A stretch of DNA of 63,729 nucleotides, filler included, from Reclinomonas americana ATCC 50394 (taxonomy: Eukaryota), in NCBI GenBank assembly GCA_048213135.1. It is 8 parts of 4 records of this genome, joined end to end, with 100 filler letters (N's around TTAATTAATTAA, not from the genome) between each part and the next. Parts side by side here need not be neighbours in the genome. Positions count along the whole stretch, not along the records: positions 1 to 30,410 come from PS015018.1; positions 30,511 to 47,039 come from PS015018.1; 6 more parts are not named here. One strand, 5' to 3'. The position numbers were made by a program, and so were the translations under genes. Each line of letters starts with the position of its first letter. The first letter of the stretch is position 1. Below, in pieces: positions 24,501 through 39,300 of this stretch. The notes under the pieces are model-generated. The model was not told the origin of the DNA, did no database searches, and was given only the letters and a program-made list of their open reading frames with translations.

Positions 24501-27500
24501 GTGCGCGAAGTGCTGACACAGTCGGCCGACGGCAGTCGGAGAGCAAGGAGACAGGGCTCGGCGAAAGGCCACGACAGAATACCGCCCGCGGAACACGTGC
24601 CAGAGTCGACGCACTCGGCTTCGTGGCTTTCGGCCACTACCGGCAATCACACGCGCCTGCAGAATAGAGTTGACTGGATGGAGCACCTGGCAGAGGGCGA
24701 TGGCACTCATGGTTTGCGCGACGTGCTCCACTCAGTTTGTGATGCCGCAGCTTTTGAAGTGCTCATTTGTGCCTGCAGCCCCGCCTGTTGCCGACATTGC
24801 AGTGGATGACGTGGCGGAGATGGAGAAGCAGCAGTTGCAGTCGGCGATTGACACAATCATGGACGGTTCGTGTTGTGAGGTTGACCATGCGGAGACTGGA
24901 AGCTGAGTGCACTGTGTGTGTCGCAGAACCCCTGCGTGATGACCAGCTTCCGTCCGCGAGGGAGAGATTATCACAACCACCATCGGCGCTGAATCGAGGA
25001 CGGCCAGAACCGCTATCGTCGGCGACCACACACAATAAGACCGCAAGTTGCGTGTCACTTCTGTTTGTGTGAGCAGTGGGTGTTGGACTCACGAAAGGGG
25101 CGTCTGTTCGGCAGCGTTCGAGCCAGCGCACGTCTCGACTCCTTCGTCAGAGGCGGTGTCGACCCCCACTGTTCGACTGAATGTGACGTTGCTCAGTCGC
25201 AACCGACAAATAGACGTGTTTCGTCCACTGTTGCTGCCGTCTGCCACGTTGCTTCTGCTTTCCTCATTGCGTTGTGTACTTCCTCAGCGCTCGGCTTCCA
25301 CAAGTGACGTCGCCGGACCCAGCAACACCTGCACAAGCACCACAAGCCCTTCGTTTCTCCTCGAGATCACCGGTGGAGGATTCTGTGGTGCGTCTTTTCT
25401 GTGCATGTAATTGTGTTGTATGGCTCGCCATCTCACTGTCTCATCATGGTGCAGGCACGCATGCTGCCACGCATGACTCGGGCGGAACTGCAGCGCGAAC
25501 GAGACCTTGTGCAGGCCGCTGGTCTGGGAAACGGCAGTCCGTTTCGACAGCGGCGCGGTGATGTGTTGAATCACAAATTGCGCGACATCGAGTTCGAGAT
25601 GAAGGTATTGTGTCGTTTTCCTGCCTTGTCACTCGGCATGAAAAAAAGTGCTGGATGTTGACTGTTAAGTGTTCTCACAGATGGTGGCTGAGCGCCAGCG
25701 GCAAGAACTGTACCGTGCAATGGAGCGCATCCGCAAGCAGCACCTCCACAGCAGACCGACCCGATCGCCACAGCCGGAGCTGCAAGAAGGATTGGATGGC
25801 GTCGACGGTGAAGGTCGGGAGACCGCCGCCGATCTCAGCTTCTCTGCGGTGGCGTCGCTGGGAGGTGGTGTCGACGGAAAGAGGAGTGGCAGTCGGTTAT
25901 CGCGTTCGGCGTCGACCACCCCTCGTCGGCGTGGACGTGCGGAGACTGGTGCATTGTCTCCACGTGACGGTGTAGGTCGACCACGATCGCGCTCATCTCG
26001 CTCGCCCAACACGCGCGGCTCTCGTTCGGAGGCTGCCACACCGCGGCTCAACGCGAACACCGCGGCAGGTGCCGGTGGCACTGGCCGCACTCGGCAGAGT
26101 CGATCGCCGAACAGTCGGTCGCGCAGTCCAATCACATCGCCACGCTTCCGTCCACATGTGGATCAGAAGAAGTTCGAGATCCAGTGGGTGCCGCTGTGGA
26201 GGCCACACGTCAAGTCGGTGCCGGTGCCGGACTCGGCCCGTGCATCATCGGCGACGTCTGGTGTGAGAAAGCGAAGGCGTCGAACGCGCTCCGCCAAGGG
26301 CCCGGTCAAGACCAACGCCGATCCGGCTTCTGTGCCGACAGAGTTGGCGCCACCGCGACCGAATACCGCGGCTGCGCTGCAGCGTGTGCTGGCCAAGTAC
26401 TCACCGCGTGGAGAGCGACCTCCTCTGCCGGCCATTCGACCGGCGTTGGCGGAGACACGGGGCCCGGCAGAGCTGGCTCTGCTTGAACGCGAGCGTCACT
26501 ATGATGACGATGAGTTCGAAGACGACGACGACGATGGCAACGGTGTTGGCGGTGGTGGTGGTGGTGGTGGCAATGCTGGTGGGCCAAAGACGGGTGGCGA
26601 CGATGATTACCAAGGCCGCCCGTCGACGCCGCGATGTGGAACTGCGCTGGGTCGACGGGAGGACGATCAGTGGGACGATGACGATTTCGAGGAAGATGAG
26701 GATGATGATCATGATGACGATTTTGAGGAGGAGGAGGAGGAGGGGCAGGAGGAGCAGGAGCACCTTAGCGGTGGCCCTGACGAGCATGACGAGCTGCACG
26801 CAGAGCACGTCGACGGTGGTGTCGGTGACCGCGACAGACTCGCCGGTGACGACGACGCTGGAGCTGATGGCGGTTACGAAGACGGTGAGGATCAGTTCGA
26901 GGAGGAGGAGGAGGACGAGGATGGTGAATCGCAGCAGCCGACGGTGGAGAGACCCGAATCGGCAGTCGACGCCGCGGCGAGTGTGGACGGCGAGGAGTCG
27001 CCACAGCCGCCGCTGGTCCGTGATGACGCTGAAAGTGGTGATAAGGAGGATCAGCAGCTGTTGCGCGATGCGCTGCAGGAGCGGGAGGAGGCAAAAGTGG
27101 AGGGAGAGACTGGGAGCGCGGAGGTATTTGGCGACAGCAGTGACGCCCATGAGGCGGATGGCGACGGCGCGATTGTCCAGCCGCAATCGACGTCCAACAG
27201 CCGTTCTCACTCGGCCAACAAGAGACGAGGCTCGTGGCAGAAGGGCTCGCCCGTTACGTCGGAAGAGGAGGCCATTGCTGGCGCCAAACGCCTCCTCGCC
27301 CATCGACCGCTGCTGTTGCAGTCGCCGCCGCTGGAGAATCCGCATGCTGGCAGTGTGGTGGGTGCGGATGGCAACGCGCTGAGCGAGAACGATGATCACG
27401 CCTCGCGCTTCCGCCCGCAGTCTTCCGAAGCGAATGTGCCGAGTGCCGCGGACGAGGAGCTCGAGCGCCAGTTGCAAGAGACTGCCGTCAATGTGCTCGC

Positions 27501-29016
27501 GCTGACCAGACTCGATGTGCGTGTTTGCCGCCGTCTCCCTCACTCTTTCTGTGTGTGTTTTCCTGACTGTCGTATTGTGGTTTCTTGTGGATGCATGACC
27601 TGCAGACGGCCGAGGAGACGGGAATGGCGCACGAGGTGCTGTCGCGGTGGACGGCGGCGGCCAGTAATATCCGATCTGCGCTGTCGCCTACAGTGGCCTC
27701 CTCGCCGCGCAATCTGCGTCGCGGGCGGCGTCTGCTGGCGTGGGGTCCTCTGAAGCAAGGCGAAAGGTTCCCCACGCAAGTGATGCTGGAGTTGCGTGCG
27801 CACGCACAACTACACCGTGTGTCTACTGTTCAATGCTTTGACTCACACCGATGCTTGCGCAGTCCCGCGTTCCTGGGTCACTTGAACAGCCTGTACCAGT
27901 GTGCGCTGCACTCACCTGCCGTGCAGCAGCAGCGCATCCGTGAGTTGGAACTTGCCTCGCGCCAGCTGGCCGAGATCAAGCACAATCTCATGTCCATGTC
28001 GCTGCCGACGCGTGGCGCAAACGATGCGCTGAAGCCCGTGTCACCTCGTCGACTGCACCGACGCCGGAAGAAGTTGTCGTCGGCACCCGCCGGCGTTCCA
28101 CGCGGTAGCGATGTGGAGAAGGCATACGGTGGTCCAGTGTTTACGTCGCCGCCAGAGTACATGCCGCGCAAGCCAGTCGTGGAGCCGAATGTGGCCGTCT
28201 TCCGCTTCGACCCCGATTTCACGAGCACCAAGTCTGATCCGCACGATGTGGCGCGACCCACCTCCACGTTTGATCTCGTGTCTGCGGTGGAGCTCGTGCG
28301 CAACAAAGGTGTGCGGGAAGAGACTACAAGAATTGCGTGTTGTGGTGGTGGTGGCTGACCGACCTTTCTTTTCTTGTTCAGTGCACCGGCGGTATCGCAT
28401 CAAGTCGACGCTGGTCAGGCAGCAAATTGACGGCACCAAGACACTGATCAGTCCCCAAGTCGACGCCACACGGTCTACGTCCGCAGGCCGACGCGGACAT
28501 TTGTCGTCGCAGAGTGCACGAACTGGAGGAGGCAGTGCGCCAGCGACGGCCGCCACCTCCGCACGTCCACGGCATTCGTCGGCGCGAGTGGGCGGTAGTG
28601 CGCGCTTGCCACCAATGGCGCCGGCCACTCCGCGCGCCAGTGCCAGCTCGGTCACCACGACGACCAACACTAGTGATGACGATGACACGCGAGGCGCAGG
28701 GACAGTGCTGCTGGCGCAAGGGCCGGTGGTGGCCAAGCCGATCGACGGCGAGCCCATGGGTGTGCAATTGCCACCGGTGCCAACACGCTCGTCGTCGGTC
28801 ACCATCCCTCGCCTCTCGATTCCACCGCCGTCGCCACGGCGCATGACGCCACTGTCGTCGGCACGCAGCAGTGCGACATCGTCGGCGCCGCAGTCGCCAG
28901 CTGCAGCTCGCCGATCTGTAACCACGTCACCCATGCCGAGTCCGCCCAGCAAGCCGCTCGCTGGCCACGCACGTCCGAATCCGCGGGCGACGCGGCTGGC
29001 AAGTGTCGCCAAATAG
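21172..29016 (+). CDS. Very large protein with N-terminal ankyrin repeats, a 36-aa tandem repeat region and long acidic/Ser-Pro-rich disordered regions (spliced)
   Basis: Ankyrin motifs GRTPLMFVAFAG, GLTPLFFAAVGN, GATVLFAAAQNG, TALYVAVQQGH, SPLLVAAQNGH and GITPLFLATREG. Long plus-strand ORFs are linked by GT-AG introns down to TAG at 29016. The single-gene model is inferred. Confidence 0.7.
23530..24480 (+). repeat. Coding tandem array, 108-bp (36-aa) unit, about 8-9 copies
   Basis: AGGAGCTTGCCGACGAGG-like anchors at 23701, 23809, 23917, 24025, 24133, 24241, 24349 and 24457. Unit LADEAASEP(L/M)PAPLVTPATALATT(L/M)SEEAMRAARQE. Confidence 0.97.
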
Positions 29017-29216
29017 AATGAGGATTGAGAGAGAGAGAGGCCACAAGGGAGGAGGATAATAATCATTTTAAATACACAAATACCTGTAAGTGAAGTGTGA
29101 CGCGGAGGGAGGAGCGATTTTCGTGTACTTTTTGATTTTTTAATGCACGCTGTCCACGATGAAAAGACAAACCACCACACACACACCGACCGTCGCCATA
29201 CAACCGAGCACCGAGC

Positions 29217-31600
<2,384 letters not shown>

Positions 31601-32439
31601 GAGAATGAGAAACACACACACACACGCACATGTACAGATACAGAGAGTGTAAGAGAGTGTGCGTGTNNNNNNNNNNNNNNNNNNNNGTGTGCAAGTGGGA
31701 GAGTGGGAGTGAGGCGCAACGTCATTTGTGTTGTGTGTGTGTGTGTGCGTGCGTGCAAAGCAGCGAGTGTATGTGTGTGTCTTTTGGACAGAGACGCGCA
31801 CCGCCAAATTGAGATGCCGACTCTCCTTTTTTCCTTCTGCTCTCACGCTCTCGCTTGTGCTTTGTCTCGCTGGTTGCAGGTGGGGCGTGTGTCTCGCTGA
31901 GACATGGTTTTCTGGAGTGTGTGTGCATTGTGCAGTTGATTTCTGCATGCATGCATTGCGTATTGCATTGGGAGATGCTGCTCTATGGCACGAGCTCGAG
32001 GGGAGGCGGCACGCGGAGGGGTACAGTGATCCAAGGACAAGTTAATTCCGGGTCCGTCACTCTGTATTTCATTTGCAATCGGGATATCATATGCGGATCT
32101 CTCGTTCCCACTTCGAATTCGCTACCAGGGTTGAGGATCAAGGCTGCGCTGGGCGGTAAGATACCTAAAGCATTCTTGGCTAACCTTGATCTCCAGCTTG
32201 TCGTTGGATGTTGTGATTCCAAGGCGAGCCGCTTCCCACGTGAACGCGACACAATTACCACGCACGTACAATAATAAACCATTTTCCACAAACATCATCA
32301 CAAGAAGAGTACAACAACAACAACAAGAGACAAGAGTACAAACAAGACCAAAACATAGGTGAAACATGAAAGAAAAACAATGTGCCACAAGGGAGTACAA
32401 CATGCATATCCTACATACAACAAACGGAACCAACATGTG

Positions 32440-35404
32440 TCAGTCCGAGGGCGTCAGCAGCACGGTCTCCAGCATTGGGAAGCCTGCGCATGCGTACCAG
32501 GGCTCAGTACATCGTTATTTCTGCAGCATTGTCTTTCCCCATCGCTCACCTGTGCGCATCTCCATATCCTCCTCCAAAATGGGCAGGCCGTACAGCGACA
32601 GGGTCGTCAACGAGTCGAGGTGGCCCTCGAGCGCATCAATGCCCGACAGCGTCACTCGTGTGTACGCCACGCTCAAGCTCTTCAGTCGCTTCAACGCTGC
32701 ATGCACCCGAGTCATTTGAGTCACAGTCCACCACTCTCGACTTCCCCCTTCCGTCCCTACACACGCGCAACTCCGCAGCAAGGCCACTCCCGCATCCGAG
32801 ATTTGCGGGTTGCGCGAAATGTTGAGCTGCTCCAACGCCGTCATCGTGCCGATGCACGCACAGGCGCGGTCGTTCAGCACACCGCCGCAGATCTCCAGCG
32901 AGCGCAGCTGTGCGCCAATCGGCGACTCGGCCAGCGCGCGCACGCCCACGTACGTGATGGGGCAGCCGAATAGATCGAGCTCACGCAGCGAGGTCCACGC
33001 CGGTGCCAGCGTGATGATCGCCTGGTCCGTGATATTCGGCGAGTCAATGTTCGCGTGCACCAGCTTGGTGAGAGGCGCCAGGCGCGCCATGCCGGCATCG
33101 GTGACCGGGCACCCGAACAGACTCAGCGAGGTGAGCGAATGCATGCCGCCCAGCACCGTCAGCGCCGCGTCCGTGATGTTGGCGTCGGTGAGATCGACCG
33201 ATGTCAGGTGCGGGAACTCTGCAGAAGAGTGAGTTGGGCAATAGAAAGCAGCCCCTCTGCTCTTTCATGCTCACCACCAATGCGCGCCACGGCCGCATCC
33301 GACATGCGGGCATTGTCCACGTTCAACTCCTGCAAGTGGCGCCAGTGGAGGCGCACTCGCTCAATGCCCAGATCCGAAACCGGGCAGTACGCCGCCGACA
33401 CACGGCGCAGATTCACCAGTGTGCGCAGCTGGTGCCAGCCAAGGTCACCGATTGCCGTGCGATCCAGCGTCAGATCGGCCAACTTCACAAAACGGCTCAA
33501 GGTCGCACACGCGTCGTTGGTGAGCGTGCAGTCGTGCACATTGAGAGTCTCCAGTTCCACGAGCCCTATTTGTGACAGTCAGCACGCAACGGGGGTAAAA
33601 GAAGAAGGGGAGGACGCAACCGGCGAGGGCGGCCAGGCCAACGTGCGTCAACTTGGTGGAGCCGGCATCCAGGTGGCGCAGTTTGCGCAGTCCGGCGAGG
33701 GCGGTAGAGAGGCCGCGGTCGGTCAGCTTGAAACAAAACCCGACGCTGAGCCACTCCAAGGATGTCAAAACTGCGTGTTGAGACGCCCGGTTAGCAAGCG
33801 CACCACAGCACATCCAGGGAAAACCGCGTGATGAACACACGCAACATTGCAGAGCCGCAATGGCCGCATCGTTCAGCTGCGAGCACTGCTCGAGGTCCAG
33901 CTTAACAAGGTCCTCACAGCCTGGATGAGCGGGATACGATGAGGCAAGGCGACGTGTCGGTGCAAACCCCCTCTCCTCTCCTCCCTCAATGCACACCTCG
34001 CAGACCCATGAGACCGTCGGTATCAAAAGACGTGCAGCCCTTCAGCGACAGGGACTGCAGATGCGTGTGCGCTGCGAGTAATGCCAGCAAGAGAGGAGGC
34101 ACAAAGCCGTGTCAGCCGCGCGCTCCACCACCACCACCGCCACCAGCAGGCACGCACCTCCAATCGCACACAATCCCTCGTTCGAGATGTCGGAGCAAAA
34201 GTCGAGACGCAAGTGCCTCAGGTGCTTGGAGATGCACGACAGATCCGAGCCCTTGTGCGCGCAACACGCCCGTTAACACGCGCAAACTCCATCACTCGCT
34301 CATAGAAAAAACACACATACCTGCACTTTGACGCAGCCAAGGAGCGACACGGTCTCCAACTCGGGCAAACCGTACAGATACGCGACACCACTGCACAGAG
34401 GCTGTGTCAACGCTAAGCACACAGTGCCGGCCCGAATCAATCACACGCAACGAGTCCTCGAGAGCGTCGCAGTTGACAAACGACAGATTGGTGAGGTACG
34501 GGAAGTGAGCCACCAACTGCCGCACATACTCGGCGTCGGTCTCCTCCGATCGCACATTCAACGAGGGTATACTGCACAGACGCGTGAGTGTGCGGGATGG
34601 CGGTCACAAAAACCACCACAACCACCACGCAACTACAGGCCGTCGAATGCCGGCAACACCTGACGCGACAGCTTGCGCTTCTCACTCAACACGCGCAGCA
34701 TCTCCGACACCACATGCGGCGGCAAGGTCGACACCTGCGCGCGATCCAGCAGCGCAAAGTGCTGCAGGAGCCACACAATGCACAGATGCGCCAGTGTCTG
34801 TGCGCGCGAGGGGCGAGAGGGAAAGGAGTGTGAGAAAACGCATCGCCTGTCCGAATCGCGGGATAACTCAACAACACGACGACGACGACGAAGAGAGGAA
34901 AGGGGAGAGAGAGAACAGGGACACACGGGAGAGACAGTTGTGCGCGTGTGTGTGCCACCACCGCCTCATGTCGCACACGGATATGGCGATCATTGTTCTC
35001 ACCTGACCACCCTCATGCCCCCTCACAGACTCCTCATACAACTCCTCCGCCGCGGTCAACGTGTTGCGACGCTCGACCGCACACGAGTCGCCTCCACACG
35101 ACGCACCTCCGTCCACCTCACTGCTCACATCGTCGGCCCACAGCACCGACGATGCCACAGAAGATGACGATGAAGACGAGGAGGATGAGGATGAGGCCGG
35201 CGACAGAGGCAACATGAGCAGCAGTGAAGGCGAGGGCGCGTCTCGCAGAATGTCCACTGAGAACGAGTGCTGCATGGAACCATCGCCACCGGGTGTGCTC
35301 GAGGCGCGACGGCGGTTGCCTCCAAGGCGGGAACCCGATGAGGACGACGAGGAAGAGGAACGGCCGTTACGGCGTCCACGAAGGCACCCGCACAGTGCGC
35401 CCAT
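32440..35404 (-). CDS. Leucine-rich repeat protein (cysteine-containing, FBXL/AMN1-like LRRs), multi-exon
   Basis: Repeats such as LTSLSLFGCPVTDAGM, LRELDLFGCPITYVGV, LEQLNISRNPQISDAGV and LEWLSVGFCFKLTDRGL. Start MGALCGCL. Confidence 0.85.
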
Positions 35405-36377
35405 CCTGTGACAAAAAAAACGGAGCAAGCGACGGAGCTGGCAGAGGGAGAAGAAGGTGGTGGCGCACGGATGCCCGTTCGTTAATATGCGAATGNNNNN
35501 NNNNNNNNNNNNNNNNNNNNNNNNNNNNNNNNNNNNNNNNNNNNNNNNNNNNNNNNNNNNNNNNNNNNNNNNNNNNNNNNNNNNNNNNNNNNNNNNNNNN
35601 NNNNNNNNNNNNNNNNNNNNNNNNNNNNNNNNNNNNNNNNNNNNNNNNNNNNNNNNNNNNNNNNNNNNNNNNNNNNNNNNNNNNNNNNNNNNNNNNNNNN
35701 NNNNNNNNNNNNNNNNNNNNNNNNNNNNNNNNNNNNNNNNNNNNNNNNNNNNNNNNNNNNNNNNNNNNNNNNNNNNNNNNNNNNNNNNNNNNNNNNNNNN
35801 NNNNNNNNNNNNNNNNNNNNNNNNNNNNNNNNNNNNNNNNNNNNNNNNNNNNNNNNNNNNNNNNNNNNNNNNNNNNNNNNNNNNNNNNNNNNNNNNNNNN
35901 NNNNNNNNNNNNNNNNNNNNNNNNNNNNNNNNNNNNNNNNNNNNNNNNNNNNNNNNNNNNNNNNNNNNNNNNNNNNNNNNNNNNNNNNNNNNNNNNNNNN
36001 NNNNNNNNNNNNNNNNNNNNNNNNNNNNNNNNNNNNNNNNNNNNNNNNNNNNNNNNNNNNNNNNNNNNNNNNNNNNNNNNNNNNNNNNNNNNNNNNNNNN
36101 NNNNNNNNNNNNNNNNNNNNNNNNNNNNNNNNNNNNNNNNNNNNNNNNNNNNNNNNNNNNNNNNNNNNNNNNNNNNNNNNNNNNNNNNNNNNNNNNNNNN
36201 NNNNNNNNNNNNNNNNNNNNNNNNNNNNNNNNNNNNNNNNNNNNNNNNNNNNNNNNNNNNNNNNNNNNNNNNNNNNNNNNNNNNNNNNNNNNNNNNNNNN
36301 NNNNNNNNNNNNNNNNNNNNNNNNNNNNNNNNNNNTTGATTGATTGGGTGGGCGCGAATCGTCGTTCTTCTTCATGC

Positions 36378-39300
36378 ATGAGCAGCGACGATGAGCTTCT
36401 GCGTGAGATCCGAGTAGAATGCGCGTCGTTTGAGTGGGCGCGCGTGCGTGCCTCTGCTGCACTGGGCGATCCGGACCGCGCTGGGGCGGCTCTGGCGTTC
36501 CGACCAATCACTGCGCGTGTGCCGATCATGCGCATCTGTGGGCGAGGCACCGAGGTGGTCTCGCATGTCGGCAAGAGCCCGGTCTCACCTGCAGCGCAAG
36601 TGCGTCTCTCTCTCGCTCTCTTTGTGTGAGCGATCAGATGACTGATGCTACTTGCAGCGATCGTTGTCGCTGCAAGTGCCGACTGCCAGCAGTGGGAGCG
36701 GAAGCATTGAGCTGCCGGCCGAGTTGATGGATGATGTCGATCCAGTTGCTGGTTCCTCATCCAGTGGTGGTGGCGAGTACTTTGTGGAACCTGTGCTTGC
36801 AGTGGGCGGTGGCGGAGCAATGCCGTCTTTGCGGTCGCAGTTGCCGCCGTCCAGCTCCATGTGTCTGCACATTCATGGGGCGCTTCCGTACTTGTTTGTG
36901 CCGGTGCCGCCCGTGTCGCAGCTGCTGGCGACGTTGCACGGGATGCGATCGACACGCATTCCGCAAAACAGCAGTGATTCCGATGAATGTTGAGTCTTCG
37001 CCCTCCTTCCCCCCCCCCCCCTCCCCCCCTCCTCTCTCTCTTTTGTGCTCATTCGTTGCAGTGATCTGGGCGCTGGCGTGCACACTGGCCGAGGCCGTGG
37101 ACTCGAAGATGGCCACGGAACAGGCGCAGCTGCTGTCCAATCTCAACCTGGAGAAGACGGCCGCCACTGGCACGGCCACGTGGAATGCGCGACCGGCGTC
37201 GGGTCCCACGCAGCATGTGCACGATGTGCGGGTCATTCGTGGTTGGCCTTTCTACGGCTTCTCGCCAGTGCAGGCGCTCTACTACCAGATTCTGCTGTAC
37301 GATCCGAATGCTGTGAGCCGAGTGGCGGCGCTGCTCCTCGGTGGCGCATTCGGCGTGCCGTTCCAGCCGTGCGAGGCGCACTTGCCGTACGCGCTGCAGT
37401 TCATGATCGACCACGGTATCTACGGCATGGACACGGTGCGCATGCCCAAGACCGCCGTGCACTGGCGATCACGTCCCGACCCGCTGGCCTCCGATTGGGT
37501 GAATGAGTTCGCCAAGCAGAGTCATTGTCGGTTCGAGGGCGACGTGTGGGCCGACGACATTCTCAACCGGCTCGACTTGTCACGTGCCGACATTCGCAAG
37601 TGTGCCGCCGACAGCAAGCTCGTGCAGAGTCTGGCCGGCTTGTGGAGGGTGCGGAGTTATGGTTGTTTCACACTTGTTGAGCATCCGTGAGCCCTCATTC
37701 GTTGTTTGGCAGGAAGAGCGAGGCCGTCGTGTGGCCGAGCTGGCGGCCACCGGCGGCAGTGAGGAGGAGGCCAAGTTTTCGCAACCAAGTCCCACACCAG
37801 AGCGCGTGCCGCGCACCTCCCAGACACCGATTGAACGGTGCGCGCCCATGTGTGCCTGCATGCATGCGTGCTGTGTGTTCACACAAAGTAACCTGTGAAC
37901 TCCAGCGCATGGCAGGAGCACATGCTGGAGCTGATTCGGGAGGACAGTGCGGCTGCGGCGGCTGGTGGCCAGAGTGCGGCTGCGGCTGCCGCCGTCACCG
38001 CCGGCAGTCTGTCGGTCTCATCGCAGGCCAGTCAGGGCGGTGGCGACGCGCAAAGTGGAGAGATTCTCGACTGGATGCGACAGCTGGATGTTGAGTTGGT
38101 CCCATTCTTCGACGCGCGGTGTTTATTGTTGCTCATTCGTGAAAAATGATAGAGTGACGAGGAAGAGAACGGTGGCGATGACGACGATGACGACGAGGAC
38201 GATGAGGAGGGGGACGGTGCAGCCGTGCGGTCTCCACTTGCTGTTCGTGGATCCGGGGAGGCGGCTCGTCGACGAGTGGAGCGTGAGGAACGTGAGGCTG
38301 CTCGTTGGCACGAGGAGCTGTCGCAGAGTCAACGCGAATACTTGCGATCCATGTGCGTTGTTGTGCGTCGCCCCCTTTCTCTGTCGTACTTTATCGCAGT
38401 ACGTAACGTGTCACCGATGCAGCCCAATGATGCCCGACCGTAAGCGGTCGTGGAAGGATGCCAAGGGCGGGGAGGAGCATGAGGAGGACCGAGAGGCGGA
38501 CGACACGGATGACGAGTTTGGATTTCCGAGCGATCCCCTGGCAGAGGCGAGTTTTATGTGCTGCAGTTCGTCGTGCTGGTGTATAGGTTCGCTTGCTGAA
38601 AGAGTGCACGCAACAGGAGGACCCGTTCTTTGAAGATGAGGAGATCTTGCCAGAGCTGCAGTTTGATGGGGGCCTGTTGAGCGGCAGAGGTGGTGCACGT
38701 GTCCATGTCGAGTACGAATCTGCTGCGCGGCGGTCTTCATCATCGCCGGCTGTCGTCGGCATCGCGGTGCGACCACCCAGCGCGACAACTGGATTGCAGC
38801 GCCTCGGCATACTCTCGCAACTGGACGGGCAAGACGATGAGCCAGAAGCTGCTCGTGCTCTCACCGCAGAGGAGATTGCCGCTCGACGCATGCCTCCACC
38901 TGCGCCTTTGCCACCACCCTCACCAGCTGCGACGGTGTCGTCGTCGTCATCGTCGTCGTCATCGGCGGCGGCGGCGGCGGCAACTGTGGCGAGCCCATTC
39001 CGCCACGTTCGACGACAGAATCGGAAGCGATCGTCACTGGAGGTGCCGGACCTGACGCAGGCGTTGCCGCCGACGGTCAGACATCGTCGACGGACACCGA
39101 GTCCAGCCACAGCCACGACCCCGGCAGCGTCCAGTTCACGCACACCGTCACCCGATGTGGGATCCACACCGGCCCCGCCGGCGACAGTGGACGACTTCGA
39201 CTCGCTGTCGCAGTGGGACCATCCTGCCATCAGCCGCCGCTTTGATGAGGTGTTGATGCAGCGAGCGGCCAAGTCGCCCGTGCAGCCAGTGGAAGTGGAC

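Noticed and set aside
26401-27543. Long antisense ORFs (also 38391-40193, 23579-24646 and 7494-8561)
   Set aside because: They are shadows of GC-rich sense coding sequence with no independent motifs.
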